A DNA stretch of 64,000 nucleotides from Rebecca billardiae RCC1528 (lineage: Eukaryota; Protista; Haptophyta). Both the position numbers and the translations under genes were made by a program. Below the pieces are notes generated by a model. That model worked only from the letters and a program-made list of their open reading frames with translations, had not been told where the DNA came from and ran no database searches. The stretch spans positions 496,001 through 560,000 of the forward strand of contig OZ251227.1 in assembly GCA_965240325.2 (NCBI GenBank). The letters run 5' to 3'. Below are positions 12,046 to 25,076 of the stretch, one piece after another; within the stretch, counting starts at the first letter, position 1; each line of letters starts with the position of its first letter.

Positions 12046-13266
12046 AGTACGTAGATGCAAGGCGGTAGGCGGCAGATGGCTGACCACATCGAGAAGCACT
12101 GCCTCTGTGCTCTGATCGCGCTCGGCCTCGCCGAGCACGTGACCCTCGAGAACATGCAGTGTGCGGGCTGCAAACGAGACTAGCACGCAGTGGGTCCGCG
12201 CGGGACGCCGACTGCCCACGCGCCACGCTCATGCCAGCCGTCGAGAGCGTCCGGCTGACGATGCGCAATCTCCTCGGCTGCGCTGGGCGGTCGCAGGGCA
12301 CGCAGTGCAACTGCACCGCGCGCCTGAGTGCGCGAGCGCCGCATCACAGCTCAAGCTGCGCGACCAGTGAATTTTATTATAGTCATCATCAGCAGCGCAG
12401 CGCATCAAGACGACGAGCAGCAGTCTGACCCGTGACCGTCACTGTCACTCGATGCCGTAGTCGTCTCGTTATATTCTGATTCGTCATCATATCATGCATC
12501 GATCATCAGTGTGTCGTCAGCGCAGTCGATCATCGCCGGGGAAATTCTCGCGCGCGCGTAGTCGTGGGCCGCCCGTCCGTCGCACACGAGTCGGAACGGC
12601 CTGTGAGAGAATGAGACTCACGACTCACTACTACTATAATAAGCGGCAGTCGGCACAGACGATGCCCAAGACGAGTCATCACGACTGTCGACTGTCGAGT
12701 GTAGTCCGGTATTATAATACGTTATTACGTATACGCAAGCGTGCGGCGTGCGCGGCGCTGCCGTCGGATAATGATTGTCCGAGCAGCATCAAGTCGATCA
12801 GCCTGGCACTGTGGCACTGTGCCACGGACTGCTGTGACACTACGACTGTGCGCGCACTCGTCGCCGACTCGCGCCGCGATGCGGACGCGCGTAACTCTAT
12901 CTAGAGTGTACTAGGTGCGTCCTCTCGCGCTCACCGCAGTCCACTCGCCCCAGTGGCGAGCGCGCTCGCACGCGCGCTGAACCGCGCGCTGCTGCTTGCG
13001 CTCATCATCAGAGGCAAGCTGCTCGTTGCCTGATGGGAGGCGTCGTGACGCCACTGTGCTTCCGACTCGCTCGCCGAGACGATGAGCTCGACGCAATGGC
13101 CGCTCATCGCCTGCCTGTACAGTACCACGCGCTCACGGCTCACACGCCCTCCCAGCGTGCTCGCCCCCACCACCCCCACGGGCCACCGGCGGCAGCGCGT
13201 CGTCGGCCGCGCCTCGCGCCCGGCCGCGCGCGCTCTCGTGGCCCGCGCGCCCGTGCCCGCGCGCGC

Positions 13267-15576
13267 TCACTTCACCAGCTGCTTCACCACCATCTTGACG
13301 TTGAGGTTGCGGATGTCGCCATACGTCTGGCCGACGCCCACGAAGACGATCGGCTTGCCCGTCACGTACACCATCGAGATCGCGGCGCCGACCTTGTCGT
13401 CGATCGTGTCGAACTTGGTGAGCACGATGCCGTCGATCAGCCGGGGGTCGCGCACGCCCGAGAGGTCCTCCAGCGCCTGGTTGAATTTGGTCACCTGCCG
13501 TGCCGCGCGGCGCGCGCGGCGCGCACGCGGGCGCGCGCGTCAGCTCGGCGCAGCCTCGCTGCGCTGAGGCGGGCTGAGCCGAGGAGACGCGCGCGGTGGC
13601 ATGCGACGCTCGCGTGCGGACCTGGTCGATCGAGTCGTTGCCCACGAGCGCCTCGCCGACGAAGAGCACCAGGTCCGGCCGGTTCGAGTTGACCAGCTTC
13701 GCCAGCGCGCGCATGAGCGGCTCGTTGTCCTGCATCCGCCCGGCGGTGTCGACGAGCACAACGTCGTACCCGCTCGCCTTGGCGTGCGCGATGCCGTCGG
13801 CGGCGATGCCCGACGCGTCGCGGCCGTAGCCCTTCTCGAAGACGGGCACGTCGAGGCACTGCGCGTGCACGCGGAGCTGCTCGACCGCGCCCGAGCGGAA
13901 CGTGTCGCACGCGCACAGCAGCACCGACAGCCCGTTCGAGCGCAGGTAGTAGGCCACCTGCGGGGCAGCGCGCGGAGGGCGCGCACCGCACGCGCGGAGG
14001 GCGCGGAGGGCGCGGAGGGAGGGGCGCGCGGAGCGGCTCGCGTCGGCGCGCGGCGGTGCGCTCGGGCGGCGCAGCCGCGCGCAGCGCGGGCCGCAGCCGG
14101 CTCGGCCGCGCGCGCGCGCGCGCGCGCGCGCACCTTGGACAGCGTGGTGGACTTGCCCACGCCGTTCACGCCGAGGAAGACGACCACGTACGGCCGCTTC
14201 TTCGCCTTGGCGGCGTGCACCTCTGCGAGCACGTCGATGCGGCGGCGCGGCGTCAGGATGCGCGTGAGCGCGTCCTCGAGCGCGGTGACGGCCATCGTGC
14301 GGACGGAGGTGAAGGACGCGCACTTCTGCCCGCGCAGCGACGAGCCGACCGAGTCGCACAGCTTCACCGCGATCTCCTCCGCGACGTTCTTGCTCATGAG
14401 CCCGTCCTTGATCTTGGCGAGCACGGGCGCGAGGTCGTCGTCGTCGATCGGCCGGTTCACGTTCAGCTTGCGCAGCAGCCCGAACATGCCGCTGGGGCGC
14501 TTGGCAGAGGCGCGCTTCGCCGCGGCGGCGGCGCGCGCGCCCTCGTCCGCGCCGCCTCCCTCCTCCTCCTCCTCCTCCTCCTCCTCCTCCTCCTCCTCCT
14601 CGCCCTCCTCCCCCTCGCCGTCGTCGTCGTCCGCCAGCGGCGCGTTGAGGTCGACGGGCGCGTCACCCGCCTTGTCCGCGCCCAGCGCGGCGCGCATCTG
14701 CTGCAGCTTGGCCTCGGAGAGCTCGGCGGGCGCCTTCTTCTCGCTCGAGCGGTTGAGGTTCTTCGTGTCCTCCGGGCTGCTCCCGTCCCACGAGCGCATC
14801 TCCTTGGGCTTCTTCCCGCTCGGCGCCGCCTTGTCGCCGCCCTTGGGCGCGGCCTTGGGCGCGCGCGCCGCCCCGCGGCCGCCGCCGCCGCGGCCGCGGC
14901 CGCGCGCCGCGGCGAGGCGCGCGCGGTTCTTCGCGATGGACGCGGGCGAGCCGGGCTCCCCGCCCTCGCCGCCGTCCTCCTCGTCCCCCTCCTCCTCCCC
15001 CGCCCCGTCTTCCGCCCCGCCGTCGGCGGCCGCCGGCTGGCCGTTGGCCGCGCCGTCCGGCTTGGCGGCGGATCCGCCATCGTCCTCGTCCTCGTCGTCC
15101 TTGGCGGCGCCCTTGACGAGGCGCTGCGAGCCGGCCTTGGACTGCTGGAACTTCTTTGTCTCCTTGAACGAGCGCTGCGTCCGGTTCAAGCGCGCCGCCT
15201 GCGCGCTCTTCTCCGCCTGCTGCAGCAGCTGCAGGAACGCGGGCTCAAACTGAGCGCACGGGTACAGCGTGAAGCGCTGGCGCTGCGGCACCGAGGAGAG
15301 CAGCTTGGAGAACTCAGCTTTGGTGAGCTCGAGGAGATCGTCGATGTACCCCAGCTGTAGCATCTTCTGGTACGCGACGATCAGCAGCAGCCCCGCGTCG
15401 GGCACGCTGAGCCAGCGCAGAGTGTACGCGCCGCGCGTGTACGAGGTCTCGCCCATCCGGTCCTCGAGGAGGACGTCGTGGATCAGCGCGTCGATGCAGT
15501 TGTCCGCGAGCGGCGCGAATGTCTTGGTGAAGAGCACGATCCCGCTCTTGAGCAGGATGCAGAAGTGGTCGATCAT
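13267..15576 (-). CDS. SRPRA: Signal recognition particle receptor alpha subunit; 3 exons (15576-14134, 13957-13622, 13494-13267)
   Basis: N-terminal SRX/longin [16 protein letters not shown]; [64 protein letters not shown] introns restore the frame. Confidence 0.96.
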
Positions 15577-15700
15577 CGCTCGCGGAACCGGTGACGACGG
15601 CCACGCGGCCTGTAATCAGGATGGCTGACAGAGTGAGGAGGCTCAGGTCACCAGGATGATTTTCTTGCGGAAAAGAAATCCCTTCAAAAGTCCATAAAAG

Positions 15701-17600
15701 ATAACCGTAAAGAAGAAATGGTCCGCGGCCGTCCGGCCGTGCTGCGCAAACGATGTCCTCGCCAGCACTCAGCAGCGCTCCCTCTGTCCATCCAGCGCCG
15801 TGACCATCCCGCAAAGTTCCCTCACCTTCTAGACGACGATCTCTGGTTCCAGCATAGGAGACAGTCGAGGTCCGGGAGGTGTGGCCCATGCGAGTGACGG
15901 AGTGACCAGCCCGCAGCCGGCCAGTCCTCGTGTGCGGTGTGGCGCCACCTGTGCAGCACGACTTCGGGTTCCGGCATAGCTTCCCCCTGGCTGTGCTCGT
16001 GCTGGCTAACCTGACTGACGCGCATCAGTCGGCTGTGACGTCTGACACGATCCGCGGCAAACTATACGAATCTTACGAACGCGCCCTGGTGCCGGCCAGG
16101 CGCCGCAGACGCACTGCGAGCGAGCCAACCGCGCCGTGCACTGGCCGGTTGACCCACAAGTGGCCATACGGCGAGACGTCACCAGGCACCTGTCGCACGA
16201 GTCGCACGTTAATTAACGTGGTGCGCTCCCTCCGCCTCCCTGCCGATTCAGACTTGATGCCCGGCGCCACACCTGACACACACCAGCTCACTACCCCAAG
16301 GCCCAGATGTGAGAGGTAAAATGGAGTCTGGGCTGCCGGCCGGAGCCCATCAAGCAGACACGCCTGCGGCTGCTACAGCCGCAACGTGCTGGCGATGAGA
16401 CAGGGGACCAAGACCACCCCGTCCGCACCAAGCCATCCGCGATTGTGGTCATCCAGCCGCCCGAGGAGCCAGCCTCGCGCGAGCAGGCGGACGCCCGACC
16501 ACCTGAGCGCGGCACCTGGCCGCAGCACATGCCACACAACGGTGGCGCAGCTGCCAAGGGCAAGGCAACGCAGAAGGACGCAATCGTGCGGCCAGCGTCG
16601 TAGCGGGCATCCATCCAACCCACACGGGAGGCCCGCAGCCGCCTAGCAGCCCAGCCCAGCCCGTCACAGTCAGTCACAGCACTGGCTCTCGTGCAGCATC
16701 CGCACCCTGCGAGCACGGAGAGTTCAGGACGCAACGCAGGGCGGCGCGCGCGCGGCAGACGAGCCAGGCCGTCACCGCCCGCCTCCACAAGCCGCCCCCC
16801 CGCGCGCGGCGCGGCGCGCGCCGCGACCCTCGGGTCGAACCGGGACGCACTGCTCACGCCGTGGCGCAGCGCGACGGGCGCGGCGCGGCGAGGTCGCATG
16901 TGCTTCCCCCGGGGGCCTGAGCGTACTGGCTGAGGCCCCCACGCGCGGCGGACTCCGTGCGCGCCCCGCCTGATGTGCGCGCGGCGCGCAGCCGCAGCGC
17001 GCGGCGGGCCGGTGCCGGTGCGTATTCGGTCTCGTCGGCACCTGTGCTCGGTCTCGTCAAAGCGTTATACCCGCATCGGCCCCCAGGCGGCCCCCTTTAG
17101 CGCGGTCCTCGACAGCGAGGCCAACCATCGACGCTTGGAAGCCTACGGCCGCGCCAAGCGACGGCGCCGAGCGGGCGCGCGCGCGCGGCACGAGAGGTAG
17201 ACTCCCGTAGCGTGCCTCCACACCCCGCCCGCGCCAGCGCACCCGCTCCCGGCTCTCTTTCCGCTCCGCGGCGGCGCGCGGCACCCGAGCCGCACTGAAC
17301 GCGTGCACGGCGCACGCCGTGGCGCGGCGCGACGGGCGCGGCGCGGCGCGCTCGGAGTGGACTCCCCCGGGGCTCCGAGCGTACGGGCCGACGCGCCCGC
17401 GCGCGGCGCGCTCCGCCCGCGCCCCGCCAAATGCGCGTGTTATCACGAGGCGCGGGTCGGCACGCTCGGGTGCGGCGGCGCGGCCGTCGCGAGGGGTCCC
17501 CGCACTTGGCGGCGGACTGGAAGCGTCCGGACTCTCCTTGATGTTGCACAAAGCCGCGGGGGCGGCACGGTTAAATCCGGGCGTGCCCCCCCCGCGGAAT
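15701..17600. repeat. ~1.9-kb dispersed repeat, copy A (inverted relative to 32570-34446); probable non-autonomous element
   Basis: Colinear reverse-complement similarity from ATAACCGTAAAGAAGAAATGGTCC to GCGTGCCCCCCCCGCGGAA, with SNPs and indels. GC hairpin at one end; internal ~100-bp duplication (~16860 and ~17320). Confidence 0.9.
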
Positions 17601-17765
17601 AAAACCGATTTTCCCAAAGAGATTTTTCGGCGGCGCTCTCCGAGCTCGGGCACAAAAATGGCGGCTCGCGCCGGACTCCAACTGGATCATCAAGCCACGA
17701 GTCCACGCCCTGCGACTCTGCCCGGCGCTTGCCGCGCGCGTCGCTTGCGCGGGCCGTCCGGCGCG

Positions 17766-20270
17766 ATGGCGGCCGACCTCGCCGACCTGTATGCGCAGCT
17801 CGACTCGGAGTTCAGCGACGGGGCGCACGCCGACGCGCTCAAGCTTGCCGACCAGATCCTCGAGGCCGAGCCGCGGAGCGAGTTGGCGCTGCGCTGCCGG
17901 TGCGCATGCTTGATGCAGCTGTCGCGCACGGACGAGGCGCTCGAGCTGCTCGATGCGGAGGCGCAGCTGCTCGGCGGCACGGCGGCGCTGCCGCGGGCGT
18001 ACTGCCTCTACCAGAAGGGCGCCGTCGAGGACGCCCTGGGCGTCGTCGCGCGCGCGCTCGACGGGAGCGACGGCGGCTCGGCCGCGCGCGACGAGGCGGA
18101 CACGGCTGGCCTGCTGCACCTGCGCGCGCAGCTGCACTACAAGCGCAGCGAGTACACGCAGAGCGCCGCGTCGTACAGACAGGTGCTCGAGGGCGATCCG
18201 GGCGCCGCCTCCGACCCGGAGGTGCTCACCAACGCCACCGCCGCGCTCGTGATGGGCGGCGAGCACGCGGAGGCGATGGCTCTCTTCGGCGCGCACGGCG
18301 GCGCCAACGGCTGCTACGAGCTGGCGTACAACGGCGCGTGCGCGCAGCTGGGCATCGGCGAGCTCGGCCCGGCGGCGGAGCTTTTGGAGGAGGCGCTCGA
18401 GCTCTCCACGCGCGCCCTGCAGGCCGAGGACGGCGCCGACGCCGTCGACGACGACGAGCTCGAGGCGGAGCAGGCGGCGATCAAAACGCAGCGCGCGTTT
18501 GTGTCGCAGCGCGCGGGCGAGGACGCTGCGGCCGCCGAGGCGTACACGGCGGTGCTGCGCGTGAAGGGGCACGAGTCGATCGACAACACGGTCGCCGCCG
18601 TCGCGGCGAACAACCTCGTCGCCCTCCGCGGCGACCGCGACCTCTTCGACTCGGCCAAGCGTCTGCGAGCCGCGCTCGCCGACGCCGTCGCGGCCAAGCT
18701 CTCGTCCGCGCAGAAGCACGCGGCGATGCACAACCAGGCGCTGCTGGCGTGGCACATGAGCAAGCCGCAGGCGTGCCGCGAGTACATCGACGCGCTGGAG
18801 GCGGCGTTCCCCGAGTCGGACGTGCCCGTGCTCCTCCGGGCCACGCTGCTCTGCCGGCCCAAGGCCGCGTCGCGCGAAGCGCCCTCGGCGGAGGCGGAGC
18901 GACTGCTGTCCGCGTTTGTGAGCGCGCAGCCGGCGCGCGCGGCGCGCGTCGTGCTCGCGCTCGCGCAGATGCAGGCGCGCGCGCCGGCGGGCGGCGCGGC
19001 GAAGGGCGGCGGCGGCGCCGCCGCCGCGGCGGGCGCGCTCGCGCCGGACTCGCTTCGCCGCGCCTGTGCCACCCTCGCCTCCGCCCCGCCGCCCCTCCGG
19101 CTCGCCCCGCGCATCGTCGCGACCGCGACCGGTGTGTACGAATCGCTCGGCGACATCGGAGCGGCCACCGCCTTCCTCGACGAGACGCTCGCGCAGCTGG
19201 GCGCGGCGGCGGCGGGGTCTGGGCTGCCGCGCGAGCACCTCGTGCTGCTCCACGGCGCCTCCGCCTTCTTCGAGCGCCACCGCGAGTGGCGACGCATGGC
19301 CGACGTCGAGGGCCGGCTGCTCGCCGCGGAGCCGCGCTCGCTCGAGGCGCGCGCGAGGCTGATCGTCGCGGCCTCGCACTACGACGTCGACCTCGCGGCC
19401 GAGCACGACGCGGCGCTGCCGGACGTGGCGGGGGAGGACGAGGAGGACGAGGAGATGGTGGACATCGAGCAGCTCGAGAGCGTGCAGCTCCCCGCCGCCG
19501 GCGCCGGCGCCGGCCGCGGCGGCGGCAAGCGGCCTCAGTCTGAGCTCGAGGGCGGCGCGGACGGCGCGGCCGCGCGCGGCGCGGCGGAGGGCGGCGCGGC
19601 CGCGGCCGCGGCCAGCGCAGCGAAGCGGCGCAAGTGCGCGCGCGCGCCGCCGCGCCGCCGCGTCCGCGCGCCGCGTCGGACCCGCACGCGTGCCCGCCAG
19701 CGCGCCGCCCCGCTCTGACGGCGCGCGCCCTCCTCGGCGCACGCCCGGCCGCGCCCGCCTGGCGCGCGCGCACGTGTGCCTTTGCAGGAAGCGCAAGCCT
19801 CGGTACCCCAAGGGCTTCGACCCCGCGACCCCCGGCCCGGCGCCGGACCCCGAGCGCTGGCTGCCAAAGAAAGAGCGGAGCACGTACCGCCGCACCAAGG
19901 TGCACCGCACGCCACGCAGCCCGCCCCATGCCCCCACCGCGGCCCTCCCGGAGCGCGCGTGCCTTGCGCCTGCGCCTGCCCGCGCGCTGGATCTCACACG
20001 GGCACTCGCGGCGCATCCGGCGCATGCGCGACGTGTGCGCGCGCGCAGCGGGACAAGAAGAATGCGCAGCACATGCGCGGGCCGCAGGGCGCGAGTACCG
20101 GTGGCGCGGGGAGCAGCGCGCTCGACTTCAGCGGCCCGTCGCGCTCGGACGGCGCCGCCGGCAGCAGCTCGCAGGCGGCAGCGGCCGCGCCGCCCGTCAT
20201 GCCGCCCGAGCTGGGCGCGGGCGGCCGCGGCAAGAAGAAGAAGGGCAAGGGCAAGGGCGGTGGCTGGTGA
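17766..20270 (+). CDS. SRP72: Signal recognition particle subunit SRP72; 3 exons (17766-19633, 19788-19899, 20049-20270)
   Basis: N-terminal TPRs (RAYCLY, LHLRAQLHYK, YELAYNGAC, AVAANN) and the SRP72 RNA-binding signature KRKPRYPKGFDP...PDPERWLPKKERSTY...RGPQG. GT-AG introns. Confidence 0.93.
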
Positions 20271-21059
20271 GGCGTGCCGAGGGCGCACGCGCACGCGGCT
20301 GCTCAGCGGAGGCGGCCGCGGCCTCTGGCGAGCGGGCGATCATTCGGCCTTGCTCTCCGACATAGTTGATGAGCGTCAGGCTGCAGGCACCGGGGCTGCC
20401 GCGCGCCGGGCGCAGCGTCCACGTGGTGACGTGCACTAGTCATCTAGTGACGCCGGTGCAGGCATCTCATGGCGACCGACTGCCGGCACGGCAGCGCCGC
20501 GCTGCAGCTGCAGTGCGGCATGCGCACTGCCAGCGCGCTTCGACCTCATTTCGCCGGTGTCGCGCTGTTACCGTGCTCGAACTAAGTCGCGAACCGTACA
20601 GACGTAGTACAGCTTCGTACTTTATTAAATAATTTATTTACTGCTTTAATTTTCAAGCGGATCGGGCGGCGGCGACGGCAGCGCCGAGCTCGCACGTGAA
20701 GTGCCGTCGCGCGCCGAGAGGCGAGACGCGCGACACTGCTGTTGCGGCTGTTGCCTCAGGACTAATCGTAGTAGTAGTACTAGTTACACTGCACAAAGAC
20801 ACCGCCACAAAGCACAAAACAGACCGGCGCAGGCAGGTGTGCGTCACGAGCGCAAGCTTTGTACTGCGGGAGTCGTCGCGCGGTCCGACGCGAGCGGACC
20901 CACCGGAACCCTTGCCGGAACGGAGTCCGGCTCTGTGCCCACTGCCCACCACCCGTGAGTACCAGTAGCACCCGGCGCACTGCGAGCTGCAGTCGCGGGC
21001 CGAGTCCAAGGCGCGTGCGCTCGGAGCGGTGCTGCGGCCCGCGCGTGCCCCCCTTGGCG

Positions 21060-22889
21060 ATGGCCTCCGGCCACAGCCCGCGGGAGGCCCTCCTCATCGA
21101 GGAAGCCAAGGAACCAACCCCACCCCCCAAGAAGTGGTGGCAGCAGCCACGCAAGATTGCGCTCATCACCGCCGCCGTGCTGGCAATCGCGCTCGTCGTT
21201 GGCGTCGTTGTGTCGATCCACGTGAGCACACGCAACCGTGCGAACCAGCGAGGGCCGTTCGGCTCGCGGATGCGCGGCAACCTCGTCTTCGAGCAGGACT
21301 TCCAGGCGCTCCGATCGCTCGACACGTCGCTCTGGAACCCCGCGCGCACGCTTGCGGACGAGCATGACTCCTTCCAGTACTTCACAGACGACCCGAGCGC
21401 GCTGTACGTGAACGCGACGGACCACAGCCTGCGCCTGCGCCCCGGGCTGTTCAGCGAGCTGCCCGCCCTGCGCACGATGCCGGACGAGTCGCCCTTCCTC
21501 GCCGAGGAGGTGATGCTCGGCACCTGCAAGCCGTACCCGCAGTGCGCGACCTTCCGCGTGCCCGACTGCACGAGCGCGACGAACGAGGGCGGGGCGTGCG
21601 CGGCGACGGGCGGCGCGTCGAGCTCGCTGGGCCCGGCGATCGTGAAGCCGATCACCTCGGCGAAGATCGACACCGCGGGCAAGTTCGACTTCACCTACGG
21701 CCGCCTCGAGGCGCGCGTGCGGCTGCCCGCGGGCGACTGGCTGTGGCCGTCGATCCGGCTCAAGCCGCGCGGGCGCGCGTACGGCGCCTGGCCCCTCAGC
21801 GGCGAGATCGACCTGGTCGAGTCGCGGGGCAACTCGCCCGCGTTCCGCATGTCTGGCCAGCCCGCCGGGCGCGACATCGCGACCTCGACGGTGCACTACG
21901 GCGAGAACCAGTGCGCGCGCGCGCGCGGCGTGCGCGCCCGCGGCGAGATCGCGCGCGCGCGCTCGCCGTGCCCACCGTGATTGCTGCCGCGCCCTCGCGC
22001 CGCACCGTGCGCCGCAGGTGGTGGCACGCGCAGGCGTCGGTGCGCGCGCCAGGCGCGGCCCAGGCCGAGGCGGCGCGCAAGCCCATCCCCGACTTCTCCA
22101 CCCAGTTCGTCACCTTTGGCCTGTGGTGGAACGAGAGCTCCATGTACACGTACGTGCTGGACGAGCGGCCGGGCTTCTTGCCCGTCGAGCAGCGCGTGCT
22201 CGACCTCACGCCCAAGATGAGCGGTGCGCGGCGGTGCGCGGGCGCGGGGCTGCGTGGCGCGCGCGCCCCTTCTCGCGCGCGCGCGCTGAGCCGTCCGTCC
22301 GCCGCTGCTCCCGCTGCCGCGCGGCACCGCGGCGCGCGCGGCACCGCGCGCAGGCGGCTTCTTCCTTGGCGAGCTCGGCCGGGGCGGGCCGATGCCGCCG
22401 TCGATGCGTGAATCGCGCGAGTTGCATCCCCTCCCGCCCGCGGCGCCCAACCCGTACAAACGCGGCCCGCGCAACGCGCCGTTTGACAAACCCTTCTATC
22501 TGGAGATCAGCGTGGCTGCTGGCGACTTGTCGCATGGCTGCCCGGAGTGCGCGCCCGCCGCGCGCGCCTCGCGCGCCCCACGCGCGCTCGGGTGGGAGAA
22601 CGCTCGCGCTCACCGCGTGTTGCGCTGCCCCGCGCGCGCGTCCGTCGCGCACCCACGCGCCGCCAGCCCGCAGTACTTTGGCCCGACGTCGCCGTGGTGC
22701 CGGCCGTGTCAGCCCGGGGCGCAGCCGGCGCCCCACGCCGGCCACGCCGGCCCTGCGACGGACAGCAAGTGCGGGCCGCCGCAGACCGAGTTCTGGTCGC
22801 ACCGCGGCGAATGGCTGCCCTCGTGGCAGACGGCGCGCGATCACGACCGGAACAGCCTCGCCATCGAGTGGATACGCGTGTGGCAATGA
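21060..22889 (+). CDS. GH16 beta-1,3-glucanase / glucan-binding protein, type II membrane anchored, ~3 introns
   Basis: TM helix IALITAAVLAIALVVGVVVSI; PITSAKI, FTYGRLEARVRLPAGDWLWP, YGAWPLSGEIDLVESRGN (catalytic ExDxxE intact), APFDKPFYL, IEWIRVWQ. Confidence 0.9.
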
Positions 22890-23916
22890 CTGCGCGCTGC
22901 TCGGCACGCCGGTGCCGTCACGTGAGCCGCGCGGTTGAGCTCCCGCTGCTGCTGCTTTTCGCCGCACCCGAAGTCTTTGCGACCGTGGCCGTGTCCAAGG
23001 GTCGCACCGCCGGGTTTATTTCTAGGCCCATCTCTAGGGCCTCACGACTCGGTGCCCGTGCAGGGGGTTGGGGGACGGGGGACACCGCCCGGCCGACGAG
23101 TGGCTGCCGCCTGAAAGTTGGGCTGCTGACACTCGGTGACGGTCCGGCTACTCATCATGTACAGCATCATTGAACGCAATATCTCACGGGACGGCATGCG
23201 CCCGCATGGCGGGCATCTCAACTTTGGGGCCCGCATACCAGCTGTGTCTGAGCAGAGCCAGAGTGCAGACTGCTGCAGTGTCACTGTCAGGTCTGACATT
23301 GACGACAGCTGTAGTCGCGTCTGACTCTGAGTCATTTAATATTATAATTTATTGTCAAGCGCGCGCAGCCGCCCGCGCTGCAGAGCCTCTGGCTCTGATT
23401 GATCAGTGACAGTGAGTGATCATGATGATGGCGCAGTTGGCACGCGCGGCGTCGCGCGGCGCCGGCGGCCCACGGCCACGGCGGCCTGACCTTGGATCAT
23501 ATGCCAGGATCACCGAGCAGCTGCCAAGTTGATGGCAAATGATGCATGATCGCACCCACCGCAATCGGTCCGCATCGTCGGGGCCCGAGGCGGGCCGACG
23601 ACCACGACATGAGCTCCCGTGATACATAGACTCGACGAGTCGGCGACTTCGATGCTGCTGCTCATGCTCACTCGTTCTGAGGCCCTCCGACGCAGGCTTG
23701 GAGCCTCGTGATCGTGCGACTGCGAGCGCAACAGCGCCGCCGTGGGCGATGTGGCATCGCGTGGCGGCCGACCGTGCCTCGACGGCATGATTCGCCCGCC
23801 AGAAAGGCGACGCGGCCGGCATGCGAGCGGTAAAGCTGGCGCTGACGCACTGCGCAGGCCGCCTTCCGGAGCCCCGCCGCCTGGCGCAGGCGGCGTGGCC
23901 CCGCGCTTGGCGGCGA

Positions 23917-24909
23917 TCACTGCGCAGGCGCCGCGCCCGCAGCACCGTCGCTGTTCCCGTCCGCGCTGGCGTCGCCGCTTGAGCTCGCGGGCGGCGGCCG
24001 GAGCATGATGCCCGGCCACGCCTTCCACTGCTGGTACTCTGGGAGCGAGCCGTACTTCTCGCGATGGCGCTTCTCTAGACCCAGCGTCGCGCCGGCCAGC
24101 ACGAACTGAATCCCCGCGCACCCGGCCACCGACGCCGCGACCCACGCGAGCACCGTCTTGGTGGGCGCCAGCGCCGCGCACAGCATCCCGGCCGCGGTCG
24201 AGCTCAGCCACAAAAGGGCCTCGCCTGAGTAGTTCGGGTGGCGCAGGACGCTGAAGAGCCCCGAGGTGACCAGGCCGTCCCCGCCCATCGCCGCCTTCGC
24301 CATCGCCTTCTGCGTGTCGCCCAGCGCCGCGACCGCCCAGCCCAGGTAGCCGAGGCCGAGAGCGCCGGCGGCCGCCTGGCTGAGCGGCCCGGCCGAGCAC
24401 CACTTGACAGGCAGCGTGGCCGTGAGCACGAGCGGCGCGGCCATGAAGAAGTAGAGCACGGCGCACGAGAGGCAGAACGGGATGCGCTTCACGCGCGAGC
24501 CCGGCGGCGCGCGCTGCTCGATCCGCTCGCGCATCGCCCGGAACTTCTCGATCGAGAGCTCGCGCCAGAGCAGGTATGCGCACAGCCGCACGCCGTACAG
24601 GATGTACAGCACGGCGTGGACGTGCACCGGGCCGACGGGCGAGATGGGCGAGGCGGCGCGAAGCGCGAGCGCGCCAGCGAGCGCCATCGCGCCGCCATAC
24701 CCGTAGCTCACCGTCCACTCGCGCTTTGCAAGGCCGAGGAGAGACGGCACGGCGGTTGCGACGGCGAGCGCGGGCACGCTGATGGCGCTGGCACGCGGCG
24801 CGGCGGCGCGCGGGGCACGCGGCTCCGCGCGCTGGAGCAGAGGCTTGGGCCGCCCGACAGCCACCGTGGGGTGGAACGCGAGGCAGGCGACGAGCGCGGC
24901 TGCGAGCAT
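23917..24909 (-). CDS. DUF1295 / steroid 5-alpha-reductase-like membrane protein with bipartite plastid-type leader
   Basis: SYGYG, YGVRLCAYLLWR, LGDTQK, GLVTSGLFSVLRHPNYSGE. N-terminus MLAAALVACLAF. Confidence 0.85.
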   Translation of the reverse strand: MLAAALVACLAFHPTVAVGRPKPLLQRAEPRAPRAAAPRASAISVPALAVATAVPSLLGLAKREWTVSYGYGGAMALAGALALRAASPISPVGPVHVHAVLYILYGVRLCAYLLWRELSIEKFRAMRERIEQRAPPGSRVKRIPFCLSCAVLYFFMAAPLVLTATLPVKWCSAGPLSQAAAGALGLGYLGWAVAALGDTQKAMAKAAMGGDGLVTSGLFSVLRHPNYSGEALLWLSSTAAGMLCAALAPTKTVLAWVAASVAGCAGIQFVLAGATLGLEKRHREKYGSLPEYQQWKAWPGIMLRPPPASSSGDASADGNSDGAAGAAPAQ

Positions 24910-25076
24910 GTCGGGGACGATGTGCCGATAATGCCGAACCGCGGAGGCGCGGACGTGCGTCCGGAGCGGCAGCGCAAGGGCCTTGGGCAGCGCTCGGCCG
25001 CTCGCTCGGCAATGAGCTTGCGATTATTTTGGGGGACGGGGGCCCTGCTTCGGGTGCTGTTCAAATCATCGGCACG

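Noticed and set aside
17319-17765. N-terminal extensions of the SRP72 and UBE3D-like ORFs (also 32564-32869)
   Set aside because: They read into the 1.9-kb repeat; the protein-like sequence starts at downstream ATGs.
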